DNA of 64,000 nt, taken from Auanema rhodensis (Eukaryota; Animalia; Nematoda). The notes under the pieces are model-generated. The model did not search any database. It was not told where the DNA came from and was given only the letters and a program-made list of their open reading frames with translations. The stretch is from positions 5,146,001 to 5,210,000 of the forward strand of contig OZ059899.1 in assembly GCA_964057225.1 (NCBI GenBank). The letters are read 5' to 3'. This document shows, one piece after another, positions 37,820-52,734 of the stretch; the first letter of the stretch is position 1; the number at the start of each line of letters is the position of its first letter. A program made the position numbers and the translations under genes.

Positions 37820-40800
37820 ATGGGCTTAACCAATGAAGACCAGAAGTGTTTATCACTCGAGGATAAATGGCTTCTGGTCCCAGCTTTCCTTAAGGTAATC
37901 AACATGATACTAAAATCTAAACGAAACTAAACTTTAGGTTCGAGGTCTCGTTAAACAACATCTTGTCAGCTTTGACTACTTTGTAAATGAAGATATTAAA
38001 AATATTATGTTAGCTAACCAAAAAATAACTAGCGATGCCAATCCGAATTTTTATTTGAAGTATGATTTTCTGCTGGTAAAATAAGATAATGTTTTTTTAG
38101 ATATCTTGATATCAGAATAGGTAAACCATCAAGTGAAGAAGGTCTTAATCAAGTATATATTTATTTTATTATATTAGTTGTTCTTGTGTTTCATAGGTTC
38201 ATGACAAAATTTCCCCTCAAGAATGCCGTCTTCGCGATATGACTTATTCAGCTCCAATTAGTGTTGATGTAGAATATACTAGAGGAAACCAAAGAGTAAT
38301 CAAAAGGTTTTTGAACATTTCTGACGTAACATAAACTATCTTTGTTCAGGGATTTGACGATAGGTCGTATGCCTATCATGCTTAGATCTAGTAAATGTAT
38401 TCTCAGGGATTTGGTATCATTAACATAAGTCTTAACAAGATACTTGAATTTATTTAAAGGCTGAAGAAGAATTAGCACGAGTTCAAGAATGTCCATATGA
38501 CCCTGGAGGTTATTTCATCGTAAAAGGTTCAGAAAAAGTCATTCTCATCCAAGAACAGTTGAGCAAGAATCGCATTATGATTGGAAGAAATTCGAGTAAA
38601 GAATTGCAATGTGAAGTCAGTTTACTAATCAATTTATCTCTGCAATCTTTCACTTAGGTTTTGTCTTCTACTGCCGAAAGGAAAAGTAAAACATATGTCA
38701 TTGCGAAAAAAAGCAAATACCTTTTGCGTCATAACCAATTAACTGATGATATTCCTGTGTCTATTGTTTTTAAGGTAAGTGTTTTTTTTCGCAGTTCATT
38801 AATGCTTCTAATGGTTAAGGCAATGGGAGTTGAGTCTGATTTTGATATTATCAGTTGTATTGGTGCGGAAGAACGATATGTTGCTGCATTTGCTTCTTCA
38901 TTGGAGGAGTGCATTACTCATAACATTTATACCCAACAACAAGCCCTGGCTTACTTAACTTCCAAAGTAATTATTAAAATTGTTTTTTATTTATTTATTC
39001 ATTTGTATAGGTAAAAGCTAAGAAGACGATCGGCTTTGGTCCAGCTGGAGTTAATACGACTATTGTAGCCCAGCCTAAAGAGCATGAAGCTATAGATTTC
39101 TTATCCAGGTTTTTAAGATACTTAGTTTGAATATTAAAAATAACAAACTATTTAGTGGAATGATCTGTCATGTTTCTTGTCCAGATGGAAATTTTAAAAT
39201 GAAAGCGGTTTATCTAGGTCTGATGACTAGAAGGTAAGTAAAATGTAGTAGTTCTTGAGTTTTTATTTTTATTAAGACTTATCCAAGCTGAAATGGGAGA
39301 AAATGAATTAGATGATCGCGATTTTTATGGAAATAAACGTCTCGAATTAGCTGGATCTCTCTTGTCTTTATTGTTTGAAGATTGTTTCAAACGTTTTAAT
39401 ACTGAATTGAAGAGAATTGCTGACAATTCTTTGGGTAAAACCTTAGCAGCACCTCTAGATATAGTAAAACATATGAGACAGGTACGACTACTTCGTATTT
39501 TATGTAATGTATTGGTATATTTAGGATCTGATCACACATTCGATTGTTAATGCTTTGGCTACTGGAAATTGGATTATTAAAAGATTCCGTATGGAGCGTC
39601 ATGGTGTTACACAGGTTTTAAGTAGATTATCATATATATCCGCTTTGGGCATGATGACCAGAATTAATTCCACTTTCGAAAAAACTAGAAAAGTGAGTTT
39701 CAGCTTTCATTTGTCACTACTTTGTTTTCTTTTAGGTATCAGGACCTCGTTCACTTCAACCTTCTCAATGGGGTATGTTATGCCCAAGTGATACACCTGA
39801 AGGAGAAGCTTGTGGTCTTGTTAAAAATCTTGCCCTAATTAGTCATATTACAACGGACAGTGATGAAAAAGTAAGCATTTGCCAAAAATAACTAATTTTT
39901 TAATTTTGCTATTGAAGCCTGTACTCCGTTTGTTATTTAATTCCGGAGTTGAAGATTTGCAAAATGTTCATTTTTCGCATATCAATAATCCGTAAGTTTT
40001 TATTTTAACTTTGCTAATGTACAATGTGCTTTTTTCGCTTTAGTCAATATCACTTGGTTTTCCTTAACGGTACTCTAGTCGGAACTACTTGTGATCCAGT
40101 TCGGGTTGTAACTGCTGTTCGTAACGTTAGAAGGTAATTGGATAAAAAATTTATTCTTGATTGTGTTTCATTTTAGAAGTGGTCTTCTTTCGGAATTTGT
40201 TTCAGTTTCTCGTTGTCTTAATCAACGATCAGTATATATCGGCAGTGATGGAGGAAGACTTTGCCGTCCTTATATTATTGTTGAAAATGGAGTGCCAGTT
40301 ATTGCCCAACATCATATAGAAGAACTCAAGAATGGTGTACGAATATTTGAGGATTTTGTTGATGATGGTCTCATCGAATATCTTGATGTAAATGAGATGA
40401 ATGACGCCAAAATTGCTGTTTATGAGAAGGATATTAAGTTGGATACGACTCATCTAGAGGTTAGAAATATTCTTTTTTATTCAAATTTGTTTTGCTTTCA
40501 GATAGAGCCCTTCACCTTATTAGGTGTGTGTGCTGGACTCATTCCATACCCTCATCATAATCAATCTCCTAGAAATACATATCAATGTGCTATGGGTAAA
40601 CAAGGTAAATAATCTGTTTTTCTGTTTTATATTTAAGAAAATTTCCAGCTATGGGAACTATTGCCTATAATCAACAAAAGCGAATTGATTCTATTATGTA
40701 TTTGTTATGTTATCCTCAAAGGCCAATGGTGAAATCTAAGGTTCCTGCAACACTTGTAATTGCTTTTTTATTTTTCATTTGCAGACTATTGAATTAATTA

Positions 40801-43041
40801 ATTTTGAAAAACTTCCTGCTGGAGCGAATGCCATCATTGCTGTTATGTCTTACAGTGGATACGATATCGAAGATGCTCTAGTTTTGAATAAAGGATCGTT
40901 GGATAGAGGTTTGCTGTTCTATATTACTTTTAAATTGCTTTTTTTTAGGTTACGGTCGTTGCTTAGTTTATAAGCATGCTAAAGGAACAGCTAAGAAGTA
41001 TCCGAATCAGACATATGATCGCTTGATGGGTCCTTCCTTAGATCCTAATAGCAGAAAGCCTATTTTTAAACACAGGATATTAGATCAAGAAGGAATAGTA
41101 TATGCTGGTGCACGAATATATTCGAAACAAACAATGATCAATAAGCATATGCCTATCGTATCTCAAGAAGGATCTACGGCAACACCTGGAGTCCCACAGA
41201 GTGGGAATAAAACATTTTGTCTTATAATGAAATTATAATATTTAGTGCCTGGACCAGCTGGTAGAACTGTCGAGTATAAGGATGTTTCGGTTACCTATAA
41301 GAACCCTGTGCCTTCTTATGCAGAACGTGTTCTTCTCACTTACAACGATGAAGAAGCTCATTTGATTAAGGTTTTACTGCGCCAAACAAGGTAAAACTTA
41401 CTTCGTTAGTTGTCCTTATCGGATTACTTCAGACGGCCCGAATTAGGTGATAAGTTTTCATCTCGTCACGGACAAAAAGGAGTTTGTGGATTAATTGCCC
41501 AACAAGAGGATATGCCGTTCAATGATCTTGGAATGGTACCAGATATGATTATGAACCCCCATGGTTACCCATCTCGTATGACTGTTGGTAAATTAATGGA
41601 ATTATTGAGTGGAAAAAATGGAATTTTGAGTGGCCGATTCCACTACGGAACAGCTTTTGGTGGAGACCAGGTAATTAGTCGCTCGTTAAAGTTTCCCTCA
41701 TTTTGAAATCATTTAGGTTGCTGATGTATGTGAAGAATTAGTAAATCATGGTTTCAATTACATGGGAAAAGATATGCTAACTAGTGGTATAACTGGACAA
41801 CAACTTTCTGCTTATATCTACTTTGGACCTATATACTACCAGAAGCTAAAACATATGGTTCTCGATAAAATGCACGCCAGAGCTCGAGGTCCTCGGTGAG
41901 TTATTTGCAATTTTATGACTAAGATGCATATATTTCTATTCTTAACGATTTTTTTAGAGCTGCCCTTACTCGTCAGCCAACTGAAGGTAGATCTCGAGAA
42001 GGAGGTCTCCGTTTAGGAGAAATGGAACGTGATTGTCTTATCGCGTACGGAGCTTCTATGTTGTTAATGGAACGTTTGATGACCTCTTCTGATGAATTCC
42101 AGGTCGGCTCTTTTAATATATTCTGCTTCAAACGTTTTAACGCTCACCTTTTCAACTACTTGGAGCTATTTACACATTAGTCCTCAAATTCTGATCTTCT
42201 CAATAGAACATTCCGGCATCCAAATCGCAAGAGCACTAGATTATCCCTCCCCCGCTCGCAAGTCGTTGTTGACTTTGCCATAGCCTGCTCTCTTTCCCTC
42301 TCCGTATGCTTGCTTTTCATCCTCAGATCCTCAGCGTTGAGCAGCAGCAGATTTGCGAATGAGTATTTCGTCTTCACAGACTGGAAAGATGAAAAGAGCT
42401 ATAGATCTTGTGACGTCATTTACGGAACTCATGCGTACTAGAGATAATTTTCTGAGAAAAATGTGCATATGTAACTAGAAAGTTGTAATTAATTTTATTA
42501 CGAATTCTTAGATATCATTTAAATGTTGCAACAGAACTTTTGTTGAGCAAATGTGTGATTATACACAGTATCGTATGCAGTGTGCTTCTTCTAGCAGTTG
42601 TTGGTTTCAAAAAACTACATCGGAAGAAACTAACAGCAGTGATATGATCTTACGTGAAAACTTCCTGAAGTTTTGGAAGAATAGTAACATATTACTTTCA
42701 AGCTATAAATCGTTATCGCCGCTAAACAACTAAGCTTTTTTCTGTTTATATAAACAGTTGTTTCTGACAAGTATCAGAACGAAACATGAAGCTAGAATGT
42801 TCAATTAATTGAATTTTTAGGTGGAAGTTTGTACAGAATGTGGCCTGATGGGATATAAAGGGTGGTGCCAAAAATGTAGATCCAGCAAGTCCCTGGCTCA
42901 TATCAAGATGCCTTATGCATGCAAACTGTTATTCCAGGTTAGAGTATGATGATCTCAAGTTAAGCTTTGTTTTTCTCGTTACAGGAACTACAATCTATGA
43001 ATATAGTACCGAAATTGGATTTAGCCCGATATACTGATTAG
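37820..43041 (+). CDS. rpc-2: RNA polymerase III second-largest subunit (POLR3B/RPC2), about 25 introns
   Basis: [75 protein letters not shown] and [19 protein letters not shown]. Stop TAG 43039-43041. Confidence 0.96.
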
Positions 43042-44429
43042 TTCTTCTTATAATTATGATTTTATTTAACTTCTTGTTATACGATTTTCCTGTTACTTTG
43101 TTATAACCCTTTTGTTATTGTTTTACAAGGTGTTACTGTTATAAACATAGTTTGAATTGAAAAGTGTGTTTGCAACGGCAGTTACTTCATTGTCTAATGC
43201 TTTAGTAATACAGCTTGAAAGATGTTCTACGTTTCTTCCTTCTGATGAGAGGACCATGAGAGATATATCAAAAGAAATGGTAGAGTTGGAGAGCAGTTCT
43301 AACTTCTTGCTTCTTCTTATTCTCCTTCATGCCCACTTTTTGTTTCGTTCTCCTCCTCCGCTTCTCTTCAATCTCTTACCATCGAATTCTCTCGGATGTT
43401 ACACTCAGAATAGAAGAATCATAAGGGGAATGCTAGGCAGATGTGAAGAGTGAGGAGGAGGAATAAGATAGAAAACAATGATGGATTAATAGAGATTTTG
43501 GGAAAACTTCTGAAACTTTTTTCAACTGTTCAATATAGTATATCAATTAGTAAAAAGAAAAATCAAAATTGCAGAATATTTTGAAAGACTGAATTAATCA
43601 GGACTTGTATGTTCATAACTTCTAGCTGTAAGTTTAATGACATCTGATTCAAAAACCTTCGGTACAACACATTTGTAATCTGGGGCTGAAAGATCACAGA
43701 TAACAATATTTTGCATGGTATCTATCATACTTTCTAAACCATTCTTTCATTGTCTTCAAATTTATCTCTTTTTTTTTCTTTATCCCTCCCTCTACTTTCA
43801 TATCTCTCTCCCTAGAAGAATTCTTCTGGCAATACTCTAGAACTACCTAGATTCGAGTAGATATTTTATTATCAGACGAGAGAAATAAGAAAAACGTAGA
43901 AAACAATCATTAAGAATTGAACAGCTTGGAGAGCAGGTAGAGATATTAAAAGGAAGCTTCGATAGTACCGTATGGCAGGAGAGAAATAACGTGCAGGGCA
44001 TACTAAGAATGAAGTTGAGGGATACATCCAGAGATAAAGAAACTCAACAGACACATTCTGTTCTTCATAGAATTGAAGAGAGATTGAGGGAGATGTCAGA
44101 AGAGAAAGCTTCTTCTAATACTTCGTGACTCGATGGCGAATATCGGAGACTTCTCATCTCTGTCACAGAGCTGTTTCCACAGTTCGTCGTACTATCTCGA
44201 CAGCTCTGCTGCTTTGACAGCCTCACTCCCCTGTACAATATTTTCATCATCTGTTTCTCTGCAACTAAACAATTGTAATTATCTCTCAAAGCTTTACATC
44301 AGCCAGGGAGATTTCTAGCTCCTCCTAAAAATATCCGCCTCCCCTACGGCGTCAGCGTCCACAGTGTACACCGCTGCCTCCATTTGCTGTGTGTGCTGCT
44401 TCTTTGCTACTTCAATCTAGTCATCTACT

Positions 44430-46964
44430 ATGCCTTCCCAGGGTAAGTCTTCTATTTTTCTTACAATCATCCCCTTCATGTGTTCGAACTTCGACAAAAA
44501 TTCACTATTGAATAAAATCTATTCATTTTTGCTTTCGTCTAATCGAAGAAATTAATACGATCTGTACAGGAAATACAGTTTTCTACAAAATTAATTTTTT
44601 CCCATTCGTTTATTGACTATTTCTACTTATTTTATTCTGCTCCAGATAACCTTAAGGAAATCTTCAACCTCTATGACGAGGAACTCGATGGCAAGATCGA
44701 CGGCACCCAAATCGGAGATGTCGTTCGTGCTGCTGGACTCAAGCCAACCAACGCCATGATCACCAAGGTAAATTGCTTATAATGGTTTTGATATGATATG
44801 AAACATATTATATCTATTAGGCTTCTGGACAAGAGTTCAAGCGCAAGGGAGAGAAACGCATCACCTTCGAGGAGTGGCTCCCAATTTACGAGCAGCTCAC
44901 CAAGGAACCCGTAAGTATTTTGATAATTCATTAATTCAATTTCTTTATTATTCAATAAGAAAATTTATATTGAATTTGAATGATTGCGTTAATTGATTTT
45001 TGAATAAGTCTTATCTAATTATCGGAAAATCATTGAAATATTGAACTGAAGATAAACAGTAATAATGTTTAGTCTGAGTTGAAAAATAGATGAGAAGAGA
45101 AAATTTTGGTCTGTCTTTCTTTCTTTTTTGATAATTCTAGTTGTTCTTGCATATTAAACAATATATTCAATTCTTAGAAAGCAAGGCATTGAATTGCATA
45201 CTCATCTCGTGCTGATCTTCCATCACTTGTCTTGGTTCCTCACCTCTCATACTTATCACCGCACTCCAGCGTCTCTAGCCGTTGGCAAACATGAAAACAG
45301 AGATTTTGAAGAGTCGCGAGCTTTAGAGCCAAGATAGAAAGCCGATCAGAGTATGAAAGAATAGCACAGAAGGAAAAAAAACTGTAAAATACAATCAATT
45401 GTTGAAAGTTTTTTGCTTGTATTTTGAAGAATTTCTCATATTCTCAAAATGCTTATACAACCAGCTTTATTAGAATACAGAACAAGTTTTAAGAAACTTT
45501 TTTCATATTTCTGTTTAATCGTAATTGCAAATGGGCATTTTCATATTAATCATTTGCATCGTATCTAATGATTTCTGATTATTCTGGTTAAGCATTTTAG
45601 TAGTAATCTATAAATTGACGATGAGAGCGAGAAAAAGATTGTCGAAGAGAAAAATGTAACCGTTCTATGAGAGATACTAAGAGAATACTCGAAACTAAGA
45701 GAGAAAGAAGAAAGAAAAGAGATAAAGTGTGTATATATGTGTGGATAAAAGTAAGAGAGCTAAGAAAGAGAGATATTAACGATAAGAAATTGAGAGAGGA
45801 GAGCCGCCCGCGCTTCGGCACTCACTTGCCGATGTAACAGGGAGACTCAACAGCAGTTGATTGGGAATCGATGGCAAGACAGAAAATTAACAAAATGTGA
45901 ATGTATATAGAAGAGGGGATGAAAAAATACTTTGTGAAAGCTTCAGAATATTCTGAAATTTATAAAAGTTGAGAGAAAAATAGCAACTATCAAGGTTTTT
46001 ATCATGAGTTACATTTTGCTCGCGGATCAAATAAACTATACAATCCAATAAATTAAGCAATCAAATCAAAATGAAATATTTGTTTATACTATCTTCACTT
46101 TTTGAATATTTCGTTTACTTAATCATTTCATTTTCAGGAGCAGGGAGGATACGCTGACTTCGTTGAGGGACTTAAGGTCTTCGACAAGGAAGAGTGCGGA
46201 AAGATCCTCTGCGCTGAGCTCAGACACATCCTCTTGGCTCTCGGAGAACGACTTAGCGCCGATGAGGTAAATAAACGAAAAACATATAAATTATAAATTA
46301 TATATTTATCTATTCATATTTTAATTAAATTATTCTAGGTCGATGAGCTCCTTAAGGGAGTTGAAGATGCTGAGGGTATGGTTAAGTACGAAGGTGAGCA
46401 TAGATTTCATTTTTTTTTAAAATTTTCAATTCGCTTCTTTGAAAAAAATAACTCATTCTAAGAGCTGGTCGGCTATCTTTTAAATGTGTGAGCTCATTCA
46501 ACATAGCATATCTCTATCGGTTCAGTCTATCCCTCATTCCTAAACTTTTGCTTCTTCTCTTCAGTTTTTTTTCATCGCTTTTCGCCAGAAAAAAAAGAAT
46601 CAAAGAGTAGGTAGCTATGAGAGAATTCTAATGTAGCTGATCTATCTCTCCGCTAACTTTTCGTGCATCTACGACTCGTTTCATTCACTCATCTGAACCA
46701 TATCATCAACAGTTGTTCTCAACTAGCAGTCGATTACACAGAAAACAAAAGCTGTGTGGCAATGCCTAAGCGAATGAGCAGAAAACAGCTTGACACAAGT
46801 CTTGACGATGCTTTTAAATTCAATTTTCGGGGGTTTCGCATATTCAAATAGTCAAAAATTCTTTTAAAAAAATAGAATTGTTGAAATTAAACATGAACTA
46901 ATTGTTTTATCTTTCAGACTTTGTCAAGAAGGTTCTTGCTGGACCATTCCCAGACTCTGATTAA
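44430..46964 (+). CDS. mlc-3: Essential myosin light chain
   Basis: Six exons give [30 protein letters not shown]...[15 protein letters not shown], with the codon bias of a highly expressed gene. Confidence 0.95.
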
Positions 46965-49672
46965 GCAGAATAAGAAGACATTTTTACAAAAAAACATTGA
47001 AACAACTTAACTTTTTCAAATACATCTTTATACATTGACTAATCTCCTTTACAATTCACAAAGTTCCATACAATAAAATGGCTGATCCCAGCTAAACTCT
47101 TATGTATAAACGACTCTAAATTGTAGTTTGCTCATTCTGCTTGTATCCTATTAGCATTTCTTTTCTACCTATTTAGTACTAAATGTGTGATTAGCTCATA
47201 GCTTGAAGAGCTGTCGGGGTGATAGTTCCAACTGCCACATATGGATCAAAACTTTGACCAAAACTGCTTTTGGGCAGCTTTTATATAGATGTGTTATTCC
47301 CCACCAACAGTAGATGCTTGACAGATTTTGTATCGCGTTCGGGCCGGAAAACGTTTCGGCTTTTGTGGTTCAAAACAAACTTTTTTGTGTTCAAACTTAA
47401 CTTGAACATCTATCGACTCACTAGACCACGTCACTAGCAGATGTCGTTTTCTGGTATTTCACAAAATCTCTTAAGTCTTTGCTGACACACACTATCAACT
47501 TTCGAACTTGGTTAAAGTAATCAAAGTTTCAACACGACAGTACAGCCTAAACTCTCCAGTTCTTCAAGATACGTGCCCACCACCCTCAAGAACAATTTAG
47601 TATAAAAATCATATTCTTGGGTATGATTAGGTTCATAGATTCTTTAAGTCACTATTTTCTGGCAATTGTTCTCTATGCATTTGATCGTTATCATATGATT
47701 GGGCCTAGCTCTTTCTAGATTAATATACCCCTTCTTCTCCAAAAGTTATTTTCAACTACAATATATATTGTCGAAGTAAACAAATTTTCATTAAATTTAC
47801 AAGACATAGGTGAAAATGAGTAACTATGAAAGTATTGCTACATCAAATCAAGAAATCACAGAAAAGCCATAAATAAAGTTGCATAAGCAAATAGTCAGGA
47901 AATATTCTTTAAAATACCCCAAACCCCTGAAACCAAGTCTATTACGAGCAGTGGAAATCAACAAACTTAAAAAAACTGATAAAGCTCATTGACACGGCGC
48001 AATAAACGGAATAGAACGAATCGTTTAAAAAATAAGTATCTATCAGCATGATGATTCAAAAAGAAAAACTAAATTGAATGTGATGCGGTAAATTACGTTA
48101 AGTTTTCCGCTTTCATAGTATATAAAACAGATTTTATCATTTAAGTAATGTATAAAAAAGTTTTTTGTTGTATTTTATAAAGAATATTGTATTTTATTGT
48201 TGCCATCTGTGCCAAATTCATTGTATTTCCGTGTGTGTATAACGTTTAACTCGTAATAATTTTGAAAAATTCATTCACAACAATATTAAACAACAGATAT
48301 ATCACCAAAGGATTTCTAATTAACGGTATGAGATGCCTAACATTGTGGGTGAACAGCATTGTCTACAGGTTTTGGCAGCAGTGGTACTGAATTAACGGTA
48401 AGAAGATCATCAGCGTATTCAATAAAGGAACCCGAATGCAAAAATGTTAAAGTGGGTGAAGGATGTAGAGGGGGTTATCATCAGAGCTATTATCCAATAT
48501 GTGATTTTAGCTCAAATTTAATACAAAGCGAGAATTGAACGAACAATTACAAGGGTAAAACATATTGATTTCAGTGAAATAAATGATCAAGAAGTTTGCT
48601 TACAAATTCTTTAAATGGACACAATACATATCAAGATCTTATTGTGTAGTTGCATTTCATATGAAGAAAAAGCTGCATGACAAACTCCCCCGTATACAAT
48701 ACGATTATTTTCAAAAAAAAGCGGATCAAAGAATAACGGGTACTGTACATATTAAACACCGAGTTTTGGCCTCAACAAAGTACGAAATGATTTTTCTCGT
48801 AACAAGATTACTACAAACATTATTAGGTTTAAGAAAATAAGAAAATAAGAAATATATATATGTATATATACATATTTGTGTATGAATGTATATAAATCGT
48901 CAATATAATGTGAGATGCATACATTTAGGATATTTGAAACTCGACACTGCTCACTGGGAACTAATGACCGCGTAGTAAGTTTTAGTTTTAGTACATATTT
49001 TGCGTTTCCTAGTTTCAAAAATATTATATTAACCGAGATTTCAATCCGTTTTCTGAGACGGTAAGATCCGTTCTATTAGAGCGAGGAAAGAGTGAGAAGT
49101 TTTCACAATAAAAATGTGTACGAGATATACAAAATAGAGAGAGAACTTAATATAGGAGATTTTCAGCAATTATTTGCATCATTTAAATGAAATTTTTCAC
49201 CAATATAGGTAGACAGAGGTAGAGCAAAGTGAAAATGCATTTCGAAACCGGAGTTCTGAGTAGCATTATGAGACCAGATTTGTCATAGATCTGGGTAAAT
49301 CATATCGTATGATTTGTTCGAGAGGTAACAGTTAGTCTTCCTTCCAAAATCTTATTTAAAGTTTGTACACCACCTTCTCGATCGCTTTCTAAGAGTCTCT
49401 GTCGTCCTATATGAGTACAGAAATTTTCAACTAGATGAGATCAGCGCATATGCAACTTCTGGTAGCTTTGAGTATAGAAGTAGGCCTATTTGCTGATATA
49501 GACTTAGTATTAAATATTAAGAAAATACATATCAAATGTTAACTAGAATGAGGTTACTCAACATGACCAGGATGAGAATACTTGAGGTTAGATAGTTAAA
49601 CATTAAGAAATAGGCGCATAGTGGAGGTGTAGAGTAAAGGAACCCGGAACTGAATATCCAAAAATAGCAGGG

Positions 49673-52600
49673 TTACTGCTGAAATCGGACGCGTTTTTTC
49701 TCAAAGTTACCAGCGTCAGCTGGTCCTGTTGAACCAGTCGTTGATAATGGTTGAACACGCTTGGTTTCATCCTCTTTGAAGAATGAAGAATCTCCTAGAA
49801 GCTTATGAAGATCAGAATCAACTCGTCGTGTTAGTGGTCGCATCACCACATTCTGAAACGTAATTATCTTTGATAATTTTTACTTTTGTATTATTGCTCA
49901 AGAAATTGCTATTTCATGAGCTTTAATTGTGCTATACAATATTTTTTCTTATTTTAGTTTTTCATGAGTTAGCAAAGTATAAAACATTTGGCTTTTTTAG
50001 ATATGGTGAAACAAACCCTTTGTCGTCCATCATTTATGTACAGGACAGCAATAGCGATGAGAATGAATACAGAAACAGCAGCAAGAATACTAGCAACGAC
50101 AGTGACCCAAGTGGATTTATCTTCAGATTCTAGACTGTCAGGATCCACGTCGCAACGTGGCTTCGCGAGACAGCCGATTACACCGTCAGCAACATCCTTG
50201 TCACTGTACTTGTCTAGCCACCAACCAAGCCACTCTTCTCCACAAACACATTTCCACGCATTTCCTAAAAAAAAGTTAAATTTCGGAAACAATCTGAAAT
50301 TGCTAATACCGGAAACATCAATAGCTTCCAGAGTATCCCCAGTAAATGAATCGAAAGTATGCCTTGGTAAAAATTGTAGTTGGTTATTATTTATATACAA
50401 TCTTTGCATAGCAATTCCTTCAAATGCTTTGGCATCTATCTAAAAACATAAAAAAGTGACAATTTTATCTGATGAAATACGTACCGCTTCCAACTGATTA
50501 TGATCAGCAGCGAAAACTGTTAAAGACTTCGGTAAATCATTTTCTTTTATAGATTTTAGTTGGTTCCCAGATACTAGTAGTGTTTGAAGTCTACGTAAAG
50601 GTCGTAAGAAAGACTGTTGATTTTCTGAATATTTTTCAAATATTGATAGATTCTTCAATCCCTTAAACTAACCGGGACTGAATGTGGTAAGATGGTTATT
50701 CTGAATAGCCAAAACACTAACATGTTGAATAGGAAATAAAGCACGTGGTGCAATCTGGAAATTATAAATGAACTTGAATACTAATCGAGAAAAGCGGAAG
50801 TTTAATGATCCTCTAAGAGATTCGAAGAAAAACTATCAAAATCACTTACAGCGCTGATATTGTTAGCAGCGAGTGTAATACTCTCCAATCGAGTGCTCTT
50901 TGCCAGCCCCAGCAGATCGCCTTCGCCAATTTCCCTGATCATATTGCGGTCAAGGGAAACAAGAACTAACGAAGGGAGATCTCTTAAAAGAATTAATAAT
51001 TAATCAAACGCTTTTAAATTTGTTCTAACCTCAAACTAACACTTTTCATTGACAGGATGCTATTATTGTTGAGGAACAGTTTTTCCAACTTATCCAAACC
51101 ACGCAACTCAACCTTAAACGCAAGTATCATGTTAAAACATATGTTGTAATTACTCACATTTATTATGTGATTCGTTCCTCCATCAATGATTTTAAGATTT
51201 TTCATGACATTAAATGCTGACCAATCAATGTTAGATATTTGATTGCTTTGAATATTAAGAACCTCAACATTTACCAATCCCCGGAAGGTATTTCTGTAAA
51301 ATAATAAATTATTTATATTGTACATTATCCAAAATAAAAAATAATTATGAATTATTACTCACTTGGTGATGTTTCTTAGATGATTTGCGGCTAAGCTCAG
51401 TTTTTTCAGATTTTTTAAGTTTTCAAAGGCGCCGTCCTCAATGTAAGCTATTTGGTTATGATCTAACAATAGCTCTCGTAGGTTTGGAGTATCTTTGAAC
51501 GTTCCTTTCCTTATTGATGAAATTTTGTTTCCTGAAAATTAGCTGAACAATGAGCAAATAATGATATATTAATATGTTTTTCTGGCATAGCAAAGCTAAA
51601 AAGTAGAAAGTACCCCCCCACCCGCTTTTTGCTAACTAATTTCGTAAGACAAAAACGAGAAATGATGATTAGAACATCCTCGCTCTCTCTACATAAGTCT
51701 CAACGAGCGACAAGTTTCGCTTCCGATCCAATAGATATCAATACCCACCTGATAGATCGAGAATCTGAAGTTGTCCTAGCCCCTGAAGAAACTTTTCATC
51801 GAATGTTTGTATCATGTTCTTCTTCATAACCAGCTCTTCAAGTCTACCTGCCAACAGCGATAATGAACTCGCCCTCACGCTGGAGACCCGGCTATGATCA
51901 ATGATGAGACTAGTTGGCTTAACCTTCAATAACTTCTTTCTGATAAACAATGATACTACTAACTAACCAGATTAACGACATCTTCTGAAAGAGTATCCAG
52001 TTGGCTATCCCATATGTGTATACGACCAACTTTCGTATCATTTAATGATGCTAACGAAGAGGCAATAGCCGCGGAAGTAGGACTCGTGCATCTGAAATGG
52101 CCATTACATAACATAAAAATTAGCATGTTTTGATTTTAAGAAATACACTTGAGAGCTCTCGAAACATATTGAATGCCGCTTCGTTTTGGAGATAAAGGTG
52201 ACTTCTACGGAGATCTATTTTTTGTCAGCTGTGCAAACAACGCAAATCAAACAAAATTTTGGAACAAAACTTCGGTTTTAAAAAAAAAGAAATTTTTTTC
52301 TGGGAAAGTGGAAGGATTATCTACAAAAACTATGCCGCTGTACAAGGTATTCCTGTTCAATGTACATTTCGACAACATGACAAACGGTCAAGAAGCGTGA
52401 TAAACATACCCAATCGTTACTCCATCGACTTTGGCAAAGAAACGGTCCTCAAAACAATGACAAGCACTCTAAAAAAAGTGAAGGTGTAGGAAAAATACTT
52501 GGACTTGTTTAACCCTTTATCTCGTTTGAAAGGGAATAATAATAACGCTTACACATAAAGAAGACTCACCGTTTCATTTTCTGCGACGTTGTTCAAAATC

Positions 52601-52734
52601 GCGTCAAGCTGTGCACAGGCAAGCTGTTTAGTATCATCCGATGACGTGGCATCAATACTCGGGTTAAAAACGAGCAGAAGGAAAAATGTCCACGTTGATA
52701 AATTTAACATGAAATATCGTTTAGAAGAGCTCAT
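49673..52734 (-). CDS. pan-1: Single-pass extracellular LRR transmembrane protein
   Basis: Signal peptide, Cys-containing N-cap, many LxxLxLxxNxI repeats, C-cap NAWKCVC, TM helix WVTVVASILAAVSVFILIAIAVLYI and a short tail. Adjacent to imph-1. The start may instead be the Met at 52710. Confidence 0.8.

Noticed and set aside
47185-47260. tRNA-like start TAGCTC...GAGC with a weak B-box-like GGATCAAAAC
   Set aside because: No anticodon stem, T-stem or 3' acceptor strand can be paired
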